A stretch of DNA of 64,000 nucleotides from Candidatus Dormiibacterota bacterium (GTDB lineage Bacteria > Chloroflexota > Dormibacteria > Aeolococcales > Bog-877): positions 21,333 to 85,332 of the forward strand of contig DATLRN010000010.1 of NCBI GenBank assembly GCA_035534695.1, given 5' to 3'. The position numbers and the translations under genes are program-made. Under the pieces are notes generated by a model. The model did not search any database and was not told the origin of the DNA. It saw only the letters and a list, made by a program, of their open reading frames with translations. Shown piece by piece: positions 46,201 through 55,347 of this stretch. Every line of letters starts with the position of its first letter. Within the stretch, counting starts at the first letter, position 1.

Positions 46201-47080
46201 TCATCGAGGTGAGATAGGTCGAGAAGGCGAGGAAGGTGCCCAGAGTGATCTGGTGGTTGAGGGCCATCCACCCGCCCAGGCCGAGCACCGCCACCTGCCC
46301 CAAGGTGGGCAGGGCCTGCAGCACCGGCTGGTAGCGAGCCTGCAGGCGCACCGCCCGCATCCGCGCACCGTAGAGGCGCTGAGCCGAGGCGGTGAGCCGC
46401 AGCAGCTCGCGCCTTTCCTGGCCAAAGGCCTTGACGATGCGCACCCCGTTGACGTCCTCGTCGACGATCTGGGCGACCTCCCCCTCTCTCTGTTGGCCGT
46501 CCCAGGTGGCGGGAAAGATCTGCGAGCGCATCCGGTAGGACACGATCAGCAGGGCGGGAGCCACGATGAGGCTGATCACGGCCAGCAGCGGTGAGAGCAC
46601 GACCATGATGACCAGCGAGCTGACCAGCAGAAGCAGGTTGCCGCTGACGTTGGGGAAGAAGGCCAGCAAGCCCTGGACCAAAGTGGAGTCGGAGTTGGCG
46701 CGCGAGACCAGTTGGCCGGTGGGCATCCGGTCATGGCTGGCGAAGTCGAGCTCCATGAGTCGGTCGTACATCGCGTTGCGGAGGTCGTACTGCACATCGA
46801 GAGCCACCCGACCTCCCTGGTAGCGGCGCAGGTGCGCGGCCAGGAAGGTGAGGACTCCAATCCCAATCAGGGCCCCCAGCCAGGGGGCCATGGGGGAGCG
46901 GTGGTGCAGGATCACGTTGTCGAGAATCTGGCGAGCCACCAGGGGGGCGGCCGCCTGGCAGGCGCTGGCGACAACAGCTGCGGCCAGGGATATGAAGATG
47001 GCCCGCCGGTGAGGTCGCAGGTAGGGGATTAGCCGGCGGACCCATCCGGCCTGCCGTCCCGTCCGGAGCGTTGGGCTCAC
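43283..47080 (-). CDS. fused full-length ABC exporter (TMD-NBD-TMD-NBD, 1265 aa)
   Basis: It has two type-I exporter TMDs and two NBDs (GPSGAGKST/LSGGQRQR/ILDDATSAVD and GETGAGKST/LSTGQRQL/VLDEATSNLD), joined by a Gly/Ala/Ser-rich linker. Confidence 0.85.
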   Translation of the reverse strand: MSPTLRTGRQAGWVRRLIPYLRPHRRAIFISLAAAVVASACQAAAPLVARQILDNVILHHRSPMAPWLGALIGIGVLTFLAAHLRRYQGGRVALDVQYDLRNAMYDRLMELDFASHDRMPTGQLVSRANSDSTLVQGLLAFFPNVSGNLLLLVSSLVIMVVLSPLLAVISLIVAPALLIVSYRMRSQIFPATWDGQQREGEVAQIVDEDVNGVRIVKAFGQERRELLRLTASAQRLYGARMRAVRLQARYQPVLQALPTLGQVAVLGLGGWMALNHQITLGTFLAFSTYLTSMMSPARMLAGMLTIAQQARAGLERIFDLLDSHPEIEDSASAVELPRIQGNIQFRQVAFGYQDSSPVLRGFDLEVAAGETIALVGPSGAGKSTVAALLPRFYDVHEGAVLVDGHDVRQVSLRSLRGQIGVAFEESFLFSASIYDNIAYGRPGASQEEVEAVARVAQAHDFIQRLPAGYGTVVGERGLSLSGGQRQRVALARALLTDPRVLILDDATSAVDSVVEEAIHRGLRDVMRGRTTILVAHRESTLGLADRIVVVDQGVVVDQGSHGELMARCALYRLLLAGPEGEEGTLTAGVVDAPADASTWRRSGRVGRVGTSHPAAPLGTAASAPTLGAGLGGSGGGRGWRSGLAPTPELLAKVAALRPIRDEARIDVDAESRPDEGFSLWAFIKDYRRPLGLGLLLVVLDAVASLAGPLLIQRGIDQGVVAGSLAVIVIATAVFLVITLADLADSIAETFVTGRTAERLMVALRVKIFAQLQRLSIDYYEREMAGRIMTRMTTDVDSLESLLESGLITAVVSVCTFVGVGVALFFINWRLAAACLVVIIPLGLATAIFRRRSAKIYDRARERIAVVNADFQESLAGVREAQAFRHEQLSQQEFHRLGQRYLDARLSAQRLVSVYFPFVQFLSDAADAAILGFGGYLIAQGQLTSGALIAFLLYIDMFFSPIQQLSQVFDSWQQAGASMRRIRELMAQRSLTPSPERPTRVEISQGAVRLQGVHFRYPSRAESGSPGTPRESARDDAQEALKGVDLEIPAGQTVALVGETGAGKSTLAKLIVRFYDPQQGRVLVDGQDLRSFELGEYRRRLGYVPQEPFLFSGSVRDNIAYGRPGATDAAVEAAARAVGADYFIGELEGGYHHQLMERGRSLSTGQRQLLALARAQLIDPKILVLDEATSNLDLATEARVGAAMTRLASGRTTIVIAHRLQTARKADRIVILADGKVVEDGSHDELLADAGAYSSMWESFQPAGVK

Positions 47081-47568
47081 CCGACGGACTCCGGCGGGCT
47101 GGCCGGAGTGGACGTGTCACCGTGATGTGCTGCTTGGCGCCCGGCCATGGCAACCGAGAGGTTCTCCAGCCCCGCCAGTGTTCTCGCTCTGTCCGGCGCG
47201 TGTGCGAGGACGTGCGCGAGTTCCTTCGACATGGCCAGCTCGGCGTCCGCCAGCGCCGAGTAGCCCTTGGGGGTGATCTCCAAGTGGACCACCCGTCGGT
47301 CGGGCTCCAGGTTCGAGCGGGCGATTAGTCCTCTTGCCACCAGGGACTCCACCGTCGCGCTGATGGCCGGCTTGCCCAGCGCGAGTCGTTGAGCCAAGCG
47401 GGAAGCTCTCCCGTCCCCAGCCGAGATCATGGTCAGCACCCGGTAGTGCGCGAGGCTCAGCTCAGGAGAGGCTCTTTCCAAGATCCGTGCCACCCGGGTG
47501 AGCGCCTCCACCGCTGGCCCCAGTTCAGGTCGCACGAACCCTGCCCCAGGGACGGGTTCACCTGCCAA
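47077..47568 (-). CDS. MarR-family transcriptional regulator
   Basis: HYRVLTMISAGDGRASRLAQRLALGKPAISATVESLVARGLI...DRRVVHLEITPKG is a MarR wHTH. The stop overlaps the ABC exporter start. Confidence 0.8.
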   Translation of the reverse strand: MAGEPVPGAGFVRPELGPAVEALTRVARILERASPELSLAHYRVLTMISAGDGRASRLAQRLALGKPAISATVESLVARGLIARSNLEPDRRVVHLEITPKGYSALADAELAMSKELAHVLAHAPDRARTLAGLENLSVAMAGRQAAHHGDTSTPASPPESVG

Positions 47569-47580
47569 GGACCTATTTTA

Positions 47581-47611
47581 CAAAATTGGTTCTAGCATCG
47601 AACCAATTTTG
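47581..47611. promoter_or_regulatory. perfect 12-bp inverted repeat, candidate MarR operator
   Basis: CAAAATTGGTTC-tagcatc-GAACCAATTTTG lies 13-43 nt upstream of the marR start codon, in an AT-richer patch. Confidence 0.5.
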
Positions 47612-47761
47612 GGTTGGCTGCGAATCGACCCGTCAGGGCAGCTCCCAAGGCCCACTAGGAGCCGCAGCCAGCAGCGCTCCTAGGTCGTCGTGTCGGGTAA
47701 CGGCAGGCGGCTAGCTCAGCATGCCGATTCGCCGCTCAGCCACCTCCGGAGGGCGCAGTTC

Positions 47762-48184
47762 TCAGGCCCTCGACTTGGGGGTGAGCGCAACCACCGGAAT
47801 TGTTCGCTTGGTCTTGGCCTGGTATTCGGCGAAGCCTGGGTAGAGCGTTGACTGGCGTTGATAGAGCTCGTCACGCTCCTTGCCCGTCAAGGGCACGGCT
47901 CTCACTTCTAGGGTGTCCCTACCAACCTCAATCGTGGCCTCCGGGTGCGCCATCAGGTTGTGATACCAAGCGGGGTTGCTCGGGGATCCGCCCTTAGAGG
48001 CAAACACCAAGTAGCGATCCCCGTCGGCCAGGTACATGACCGGGTTGATTCGCGCTTCGCCGCTCCGCGCTCCGGTGCTGTGGAGGAGCAGGAGTGGAGC
48101 ACCCTCAAAGTTGCCGCCCACCTTGCCGCCGTTGGCGCGGAAGTCGGCGATGGTGCGGGAGTCGAAGTCGTCTGCTGGGCTCAT
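47762..48184 (-). CDS. deazaflavin (F420)-dependent nitroreductase family protein (Ddn-like)
   Basis: NGGKVGGNFEGAPLLLLHSTGARSGEARINPVMY...GGSPSNPAWYHNL is the Ddn/PNPOx-like signature. Confidence 0.75.
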   Translation of the reverse strand: MSPADDFDSRTIADFRANGGKVGGNFEGAPLLLLHSTGARSGEARINPVMYLADGDRYLVFASKGGSPSNPAWYHNLMAHPEATIEVGRDTLEVRAVPLTGKERDELYQRQSTLYPGFAEYQAKTKRTIPVVALTPKSRA

Positions 48185-48385
48185 GAGGTCGCCGCCTCCA
48201 GTGATGATCGCAGAGCACGTCTACTGTTCCAGCCTACTCCCGACCCGCGCGCCTTCGCCTTGTGTGCCGGGGGGACAGAACTTCAGACTCAGGGCATTCT
48301 AAAGAAGCCAAAGGGGAGGCCCGCGGGGCCGGTAGATGAGCCGCCGATGCCAACGGGCGGAGTCGACCGAGCGCGGAGCTGAGTC

Positions 48386-48820
48386 ATGACCAGAGTCGGA
48401 GATCCCTTTGATTTAGAGCGGTTTGTTACCGCTCAAGAGGCGGCAGGAACCTACCGCCGTGCCGTCTCCGAGCTGCGCCGCGGGTGTAAGACGGGACACT
48501 GGATGTGGTTCGTCTTTCCCCAGCTGGGCGGACTGGGAAAGAGCGCCATCTCTCGAGAGTTCGCCATTTCCTCCTTGGCCGAGGCAGCGGCCTATCTGGG
48601 TCACCCTCTCTTGGGCCCACGCCTGATTGAGTGCGCCGGGATCTTGGCAGAGACACCCGGCCGGGGCGCCGCGGAGATCTTCGGCCTCGTCGACGCGATG
48701 AAACTCCGCTCCTCGATGACGCTGTTCCTGCGGGCGGCGCCCCAAGAGAAGGCATTCAGTCAAGTTCTCGACCGCTACTTCGACGGTCTTGCCGACCCGG
48801 AGACCGACCGGCGCATCTGA
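48386..48820 (+). CDS. DUF1810 family protein
   Basis: DPFDLERFVTAQ...GCKTGHWMWFVFPQLGGLGKS is the DUF1810 pattern. Confidence 0.7.
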   Translation: MTRVGDPFDLERFVTAQEAAGTYRRAVSELRRGCKTGHWMWFVFPQLGGLGKSAISREFAISSLAEAAAYLGHPLLGPRLIECAGILAETPGRGAAEIFGLVDAMKLRSSMTLFLRAAPQEKAFSQVLDRYFDGLADPETDRRI

Positions 48821-48857
48821 TCCTCTGGGGGAACCCGAGCGGCGGCTGAAGACCTCC

Positions 48858-49505
48858 ATGTCCATCGCTCATAGCTCTGACCTGAGCCGACTTCGTGATC
48901 TCGGGAGATATTGGCAACTCCTTTCGAAGGAGCGCCTTCGGCGGGCCGGAGCGAGAAGGGCGCAGTTCTCGGCGAAGCGGCATATGATCGGGCACGAAGT
49001 GCTGAATGGGACCGCGCTCACGACGGGCGCATTTACGCTCGGTGGGGCCGCCATGGGGCTGGCCGGGGGATCGGCCGGCCGCTTTCTTCGCGACCGCCAG
49101 GACGTCGCTTGGAAACGTGAGGAGAAGCTGGACCGGCAGGTGGAGCGCCGCCGGCAGATCGTGATCGACTTCCAGGCGGCCCTGGATCTGTACATGCGGG
49201 CGGTATGGGACGTTCATCACTGGGAGATCAAGACCGCCAAGGCCACTGGCTCCTGGGCGGCATCGCCGCGCCCGGCCGGCATTGACCACGAACTTTGGGA
49301 GTCGACCAGGCGAGTGCGTCAGCTAGCGGAGTGGGTCGAGGACGATGAACTGCGCCAGAGATTCCTGGCCCTGGATCGCCGCGTCTCCAACGGGCTGCCC
49401 CGGCTCACCTCGGAAGCCGCCGCCGGCAAGTTCCTCCGCCAGGTAACCCAGTTGCTCAGGACGACCCAAACTCGCCTGGGGGAGGTTGCCCGGCCTCTTC
49501 TCTGA
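48858..49505 (+). CDS. hypothetical protein with one central hydrophobic segment
   Basis: It starts at ATG 48858 and contains GTALTTGAFTLGGAAMGLAGG. No family was recognised. Confidence 0.45.
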   Translation: MSIAHSSDLSRLRDLGRYWQLLSKERLRRAGARRAQFSAKRHMIGHEVLNGTALTTGAFTLGGAAMGLAGGSAGRFLRDRQDVAWKREEKLDRQVERRRQIVIDFQAALDLYMRAVWDVHHWEIKTAKATGSWAASPRPAGIDHELWESTRRVRQLAEWVEDDELRQRFLALDRRVSNGLPRLTSEAAAGKFLRQVTQLLRTTQTRLGEVARPLL

Positions 49506-49914
49506 ACCTTTGCTTGACGCGCCGGTCGATAGCGTCTCGGTCAGCGAGCTCCTAGATCGTTTCGATCCAGAGTCTTAGTGCCTAGCCGAGTCCGGTCAGG
49601 GCAACCAGGATCCGCAGCCGACCCTCGGGCAAGTGTCGGACCCCAACTGGCATGACGTGCTGCCGACGAACACCCACCGGATAGGGGAAGGGCGGCTGTC
49701 CACTTGACCGGTCCGAAGAAGAAAAACGCAGCTGCGGCGATGACGCTCCTATACCAACGACCATGTTCTTGTATCGACCGCTCAGTGAGCCTTCCGCAGC
49801 GGGAGGAGTTGGTGCCGGCAAGGGCCGCCAGTCGCAGCACCGGCTATCATGACCCCGACTTGAAGTCCAGTTGAGATCGTCGCAGGGATCCCATCGACCA
49901 ACAGGAGAGCCAGT

Positions 49915-50925
49915 ACGAAGACCGCTCTGATCACCGGAGTAACCGGGCAAGACGGCTCCTACTTGGCGGAACTTCTCTTGGCCAAAGGCTATGCGGTCCA
50001 TGGCGTCGTCCGTCGCACGTCCAGCCTCAACCGGGGCCGGATTGAGCACCTCCGACAAGGAGGAGGTCAGGCCGCTGATGGGGCACGCTTTTCACTGCAC
50101 TACGGCGACCTCACCGACTCCGGAAATCTGAACCGACTGATTCGTTTGGTGAGGCCCGACGAGGTGTACAACCTCGCTGCTCAGAGTCACGTTCAGGTCT
50201 CATTTGAGCAGCCCGAGTACACCAGCGACGTTGATGCCCTGGGCACCACCCGCCTGCTGGAGGCGATCCGGACCTACGGCCTACCATCGCGCTTCTATCA
50301 GGCGAGCAGTTCCGAGATGTTCGGAACCTCGCCACCACCGCAGAACGAGAAGACCCGCTTCCATCCACGCAGTCCTTACGCAGTTGCCAAGGTGTACTCG
50401 TATTGGATGACCACGAACTACCGTGAAGCTCACGGACTGTACGCCTGCAATGGGATTCTCTTCAACCACGAGTCCCCGCGACGGGGCGAGAACTTCGTGT
50501 CGAGAAAGGTGACTAGAGGGGTCGCCGCTGTGCTGGCCAGAAAGGAGCGGCTCCGCCTGGGTAATCTGGAGGCTCGCCGCGACTGGGGCCACGCCCGCGA
50601 CTTTGTTCAGGCGATGTGGCTGATGATGCAGCAGGACGCGCCCTCCGACTTCGTCATCGGGACTGGGGTAAGCCGCTCGGTTCGGGAGCTGCTCGACACG
50701 GCGTTCGGAATGGTAGGACTGGACTGGACCGCCTGGGTGGACACCGATCCTGCCTACCTGCGGCTGGCAGAAGTTCCCGATCTGGTGGCTGACTCGACCA
50801 AGGCCCGTCAGTCGCTGGGCTGGGAGCCGTCAACGTCTTTTCCAGACATGATTCGCGAGATGCTTGAGGTCGACCTCGCCGCCGCCGGTCTCGAGCCAGA
50901 GACCGTGCTAACCGACCTGGACTGA
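49915..50925 (+). CDS. gmd: GDP-mannose 4,6-dehydratase (start codon non-canonical or mutated)
   Basis: (T)[29 protein letters not shown] is the Gmd N-terminal Rossmann motif, and YAVAKVY is the catalytic YxxxK. The only canonical start (TTG 49963) lies after the GxxGxxG. AGGAG at 49903-49907 is 7 nt before ACG 49915. Confidence 0.8.
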   Translation, partial: TKTALITGVTGQDGSYLAELLLAKGYAVHGVVRRTSSLNRGRIEHLRQGGGQAADGARFSLHYGDLTDSGNLNRLIRLVRPDEVYNLAAQSHVQVSFEQPEYTSDVDALGTTRLLEAIRTYGLPSRFYQASSSEMFGTSPPPQNEKTRFHPRSPYAVAKVYSYWMTTNYREAHGLYACNGILFNHESPRRGENFVSRKVTRGVAAVLARKERLRLGNLEARRDWGHARDFVQAMWLMMQQDAPSDFVIGTGVSRSVRELLDTAFGMVGLDWTAWVDTDPAYLRLAEVPDLVADSTKARQSLGWEPSTSFPDMIREMLEVDLAAAGLEPETVLTDLD

Positions 50926-50936
50926 TCAGCGCTCGG

Positions 50937-51992
50937 TCAACTCTTTTGGCGTTCCAGCTCCGACCGGCGGGACAGGTAAGCGTCCTCGGATCCATAGTCG
51001 AAGAGGTTGGTCGGATACGCCGCTAGTCCGGGAAATACGTCGCGCCAGTCGCGCCCGGCGGTGGCTTCGACAGCCCACGAGATGGTGTCGGCGAGGGCAT
51101 CCGCGTAGCTCAGCGGTTGCTGGTAGCCGATCTCCAACTTCGCGCGAGCCATATCGACCACAACTGGTCTCGGTGTCGCCCAGGGATGACCCCCCACCGT
51201 CGGTTCCGGCTCTGGGCCTGACACCAGCACCCGTTCGGTCGAATGATTCATCACTTGGTCCACGATTTCGCTGATCCGGGCGACGGAAGGAGGCTCGAAG
51301 TCGCCGCAATTGAGAGTTCGGTTTCCAGGTTGTTCCGCCGCTCGGAGCACCAGCTCGGCCAAATTGGCGGATGCGGTTGGTTGGAAGATGCTCTGGCCCG
51401 CAAAAGGGAGGACCACCTGCCGGCGCCGATCAAGGACTCTCTTGATGAAGTACCACTCCCGGAGGTGGTGGCTGTGACGGCCGTGGATGGCGCCGGGACG
51501 AATGATCGTCAGCGGCCACCGGGCGCTGTCGCGCAACGTGTTCTCTAGGGCTGCTTTGCGGGTCGAGTAGGTTTGATCGCCGGGAGGCAACCGTACCCAG
51601 TCTTCGGGGATGGGGACCGGCCAGGCGGGGAAGCTAGCCTCGTCGGATGCCTCGTCCAGCGACCGCCCGGCGGCATCCGAGTAGACGGATATGGTCGAAA
51701 TTACGATCGCAGCACCAATCCGCTCCTTGAGCGCCAACAGCTGTTGCCCGTGCTCTGGCGTGAAAGCCGTCACGTCCACAACGACGTCGGTGCCGGAGGG
51801 GATGACCTCGCTGAGTTCACTCTTCTCATCCCTGACGAACTGGACCCAGCGGACCTCGTCCCTCGCGGCCGGACCAGGCTGGGCGGCGCTGGATGTGGCG
51901 GTAACTGTCCATCCCGCCTCGACCAGGCGTCGACCGATGGCCCAGCCTGTCTGGCCCCGCCCGCCAATGATTACCGCTGTAGGCATCGTCAT
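50937..51992 (-). CDS. NAD-dependent epimerase/dehydratase (extended SDR) family protein
   Basis: MTMPTAVIIGGRGQTGWAIGRRLVEAGW is Rossmann-type. ATG 51992 was chosen. Confidence 0.65.
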   Translation of the reverse strand: MTMPTAVIIGGRGQTGWAIGRRLVEAGWTVTATSSAAQPGPAARDEVRWVQFVRDEKSELSEVIPSGTDVVVDVTAFTPEHGQQLLALKERIGAAIVISTISVYSDAAGRSLDEASDEASFPAWPVPIPEDWVRLPPGDQTYSTRKAALENTLRDSARWPLTIIRPGAIHGRHSHHLREWYFIKRVLDRRRQVVLPFAGQSIFQPTASANLAELVLRAAEQPGNRTLNCGDFEPPSVARISEIVDQVMNHSTERVLVSGPEPEPTVGGHPWATPRPVVVDMARAKLEIGYQQPLSYADALADTISWAVEATAGRDWRDVFPGLAAYPTNLFDYGSEDAYLSRRSELERQKS

Positions 51993-52379
51993 GGCATCAC
52001 TGATCCGGCTGGCGATGGGCTGGCAGAATTCCATCCAGCCCGGCCGCCTGCGTTACGAACCACTTGCTGGAGGCCTATTGGTCGGCGAGGACGGGTCCAG
52101 CTCCCCAGGTCGGAGCCAATCTGGGTCGGCGATCTCGAGATCTCTCCCTGCGCGACTGTGAACCTCATCGCGTTCCGGGGACGGCCCTCTGAGGTGACGA
52201 CCAGTCCAGTGGCTCCGTTCACAGTGCCGGGCGCAGTAGGACGGCCGCGGTTGAAGAGTGCTGGCCAACCAGCGCTAGGCCCACCTGGCAACGGCCCCGG
52301 CGCCGTGGACCACCATGGAGGCGGCGGTCGCCAGATGCCGGCGTCGAGTCGCGGGACGACTTCGGGATCGCCGACGCGA

Positions 52380-53504
52380 TCAGCCCCAAACTTCCTCGGC
52401 CGTCTCCACGACCAAACTTAGCTTGGCGAGTTCCTCGTCCAGGGTCAGCTGGTTCCCTTCGAACGTGGAGGAGAAGCCGCACTGGGGGGACAGACAGAGC
52501 TGCTCGAGGGGCACGTAGCGACTCGCCTCCTCGATCCGGCGCTTTAGGTTTTCCTTGGTCTCCAGCGCGCCGTGTTTGGTGGTCACCAGTCCCAGCACCA
52601 CCATCTTTCCCGGAGGCACGAATCGCAGCGGGGCGAAGCTACCCGACCGCTCGTCATCGAACTCGAGGAAGAAACCGTCGACCTGGAGCTCGCCGAACAG
52701 GGCCTCGGCCACGAAGTCGTAGCCTCCCTCCGCTGCCCAGTACGAGCGAAAATTCCCCCGGCAGGAGTGAGTGGTGACCACCATGCCCTCCGGCCGGTCG
52801 GCGATCGCTGCGTTGATCTGCCTGATGTTGATCAGATGCTGGTGTTCGGCATCGGCCCCCTGGCTCCGGAGGAGCTCCCGCTGGTGTGGGTCATTGAGGT
52901 AGGCGAGGCTCGTGTCGTCAAGCTGCAGGTAGGTGCAACCCACGTCACCAAGGGCGCGAATCTCTTGGGCATAGGCGGCGCTAAGATCGGCCCAGAATTC
53001 GTCCATCTCCGGATACACCGTGGGGTCGATGGCGGCGCGCCCACCGCGGTAATGCACCATGCTGGGGGAGGGGATGGTCAGCTTCGGCACCGCGCTGGTC
53101 ACGCAGCCTCGGAGGAACTCGAAGGCCTCGGTGAAGATGGGGCGCTCCAAACGGATTCGGTCATGTACCTGGAGTGCGGCAGAGGTGAACTCAGTGGTGC
53201 CATCGCGGTTACGGAAAGCGACGCGGAGATTCTGGTCAGCTTTGGAGATGCCCCCCAGTTGGTAGATGAAGTCCATGTGCCACGACGCCCGACGAAACTC
53301 TCCGTCGGTAGCCGACCGGAGCCCGACGCTCTCCTGCAATTGCACCGCGGTCCGGATGGCGTCGTCCTCGATGGACTTCAACTCGGCTGGAGTAATGCGG
53401 CCGGAGGCGAGGTCAGTTCGCGCCTGCAGGACCGCCTCTGGGCGCAACAGACTGCCCACGTGATCAGCTCGAAATGGCGGCGCGCTGCGTCGTCCCACAG
53501 CCAA
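52380..53504 (-). CDS. cobalamin-independent methionine synthase (MetE C-terminal-like) family protein
   Basis: PFRADHVGSLLRP, ATDGEFRR, and the C-terminal LSPQCGF (zinc Cys) are typical of the MetE-like/YxjG family. Confidence 0.75.
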   Translation of the reverse strand: MAVGRRSAPPFRADHVGSLLRPEAVLQARTDLASGRITPAELKSIEDDAIRTAVQLQESVGLRSATDGEFRRASWHMDFIYQLGGISKADQNLRVAFRNRDGTTEFTSAALQVHDRIRLERPIFTEAFEFLRGCVTSAVPKLTIPSPSMVHYRGGRAAIDPTVYPEMDEFWADLSAAYAQEIRALGDVGCTYLQLDDTSLAYLNDPHQRELLRSQGADAEHQHLINIRQINAAIADRPEGMVVTTHSCRGNFRSYWAAEGGYDFVAEALFGELQVDGFFLEFDDERSGSFAPLRFVPPGKMVVLGLVTTKHGALETKENLKRRIEEASRYVPLEQLCLSPQCGFSSTFEGNQLTLDEELAKLSLVVETAEEVWG

Positions 53505-53695
53505 CGATCCTAGCGGATCCGACCGATTCGTAGCCGCGGCTGCAGGGGACTGCTACTCCCTGTGCCGTGCCACTGAAATCGGTTGGTTCCTGCGATCCAG
53601 CGATTACCGCGAGCACGGGGTCTTTTGATCGAGGGGAACCTGGCTAGGGTAGTATGTAGTATATTTAGCTACGTCACTAGATAAATGGAGTTGCA

Positions 53696-54088
53696 ATGAT
53701 CGAGTTTCACCTGAACTCGCGCTCGGGCGTCTCTCCCTACCTTCAGATCGTCCACCAAGTCCGACAAGCGCTCCGGCTGGGCCTCCTGCGCGAAGGAGAC
53801 CAGCTTCCGACCGTCAAGGAAGCGGTAGCGCGGCTGGCGATAAATCCCAACACTGTCCTCAAGGCGTACCGGGAACTCGAACATGAGGAGTTGGTTGCAG
53901 CCCGTCCGGGAATTGGGACGTTCGTGACCAAGACGTTGAGCGATGGCCCCCTGGCCGAGCTTGGTCCCCTGCGCCAAGACCTCCGGCGCTGGCTGGCCCA
54001 GGCGCGTCTATCTGGTCTCGACGAGGAGAGCATCGAGGCGCTGTTCCTGGACACCCTTCGTTCCGCCACCGAGGAGGATGTAGCTTGA
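53696..54088 (+). CDS. GntR-family (YtrA-like, short) transcriptional regulator
   Basis: PYLQIVHQVRQALRLGLLREGDQLPTVKEAVARLAINPNTVLKAYRELE is a GntR wHTH. The short C-terminus is typical of the YtrA subfamily. Confidence 0.8.
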   Translation: MIEFHLNSRSGVSPYLQIVHQVRQALRLGLLREGDQLPTVKEAVARLAINPNTVLKAYRELEHEELVAARPGIGTFVTKTLSDGPLAELGPLRQDLRRWLAQARLSGLDEESIEALFLDTLRSATEEDVA

Positions 54089-54790
54089 CCGCGGCCATAG
54101 AGACCACCCGATTGGGAAAGCGCTACGGGAGTCGGTGGGTGCTGTCCGACTGCACTCTGGCAATCCCACGGGTCGGGTCGTCGGGCTGGTTGGACCAAAC
54201 GGGGCCGGCAAAACAACCCTGCACTCTTTGGCCGCGGGCCTGCTGTCTCCGACGTCGGGCTCGGTCACAGTCCTTGGTGCTGCACCAGCCACCACTGGCC
54301 CGCAGATCGCCCGGATCGGTTTCGTCGCCCAGCACACTTCCCTCTATTCCAGGTTGAGGGTTGTTGACCATCTCCGGCTCGGGGCGCACATGAACCCGAC
54401 CTGGGACAGCGACCTCGCACAAGGTCGGCTCGAACAACTCGACCTGGATCCCGGTCAGCGGGCTGGCTCCCTCTCGGGAGGGCAGCGGGCTCAGTTGGCG
54501 CTGACGCTGGCCATTGCCAAGCGCCCCGAGCTGTTGATTCTCGCTCGCGTCGCACCGCCGTCTGATTGGACCACGGCGCGACCCGAGCACCCTGCCGGCC
54601 CATCAACAGGTCATAGAAGAAAGTCATACCGACCACCAGAGCACGTTGTTGGTGCGTACTGAGGATCCCATCCTGGATCCGACCTGGACTGTCGAGCAAG
54701 TCGGGATGGAAGACCTGGTGCTGGCCTACATGCGCCAAGCACCAGCAGCGAAAAGGGATCGTCTAGGCCACTTTGAGGATTCAGCAGTGA
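54085..54790 (+). pseudogene. ABC transporter ATP-binding gene, disrupted (frameshift near 54166-54172; Walker B/H-loop region corrupted near 54540-54650)
   Basis: The N-terminus IETTRLGKRYGSRWVLSDCTLAIP is in one frame, and GRVVGLVGPNGAGKTT...LSGGQRAQLALTLAIAKRPELLIL is in another. After LLIL the expected DEP... is replaced by ARVAPPSDW. The conserved tail LLVRTEDP...MEDLVLAYM is found in the third frame. Confidence 0.65.
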
Positions 54791-55347
54791 TTTGGTTGAC
54801 GTGGCGTCAATACCGAACCCAGATCCTGGTCGCGTCCGGTGCCTTAGTAGCTCTCGCCATCATCTTGCTGGTCACCGGTGTGGGTCTAGCCCACCTTCAC
54901 GACACGTCCGTCGCGACCTGCAAGGCGCACCACGACTGCACGAGCGCCAAAGCTGCCTTCCTCCAGCACTACTCAACCTTGCAAACTACGCTCGGCGTCC
55001 CTGAGGTAGTCGTCCCCGGCTTGGTCGGGGTCTACTGGGCGGCGCCTCTGGTCGCCCGCGAGTTGGAGACCGGCACCTACCGCCTGGCCTGGACCCAGAG
55101 CGTCACCCGCACGCGATGGCTGGCCATCAAGGTCGGCGTCATGGGCCTGGCCAGTATTGCCGTGGCCGGGCTGCTCACTCTGATGGTGACTTGGTGGTCT
55201 GCCCCGTTCGACCGGATCGCCATGAATTCCCTCGGTGTGTTTGACGAACGCGACATCGTACCGGTCGCTTACGCAGCGTTCGCCTTTGCCATGAGAACAG
55301 CTGTCGGGAGAGGAACGGAGAAACTTCAGCCATGTCGTGGGCCCTGA
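54787..55347 (+). pseudogene. ABC-2 type permease, probably 3'-truncated
   Basis: VIWLTWRQYRTQILVASGALVALAIILLV starts at a GTG that overlaps a TGA (GTGA). After about 185 aa the ORF ends in the non-hydrophobic sequence RTAVGRGTEKLQPCRGP, and decayed sequence follows. Confidence 0.5.
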
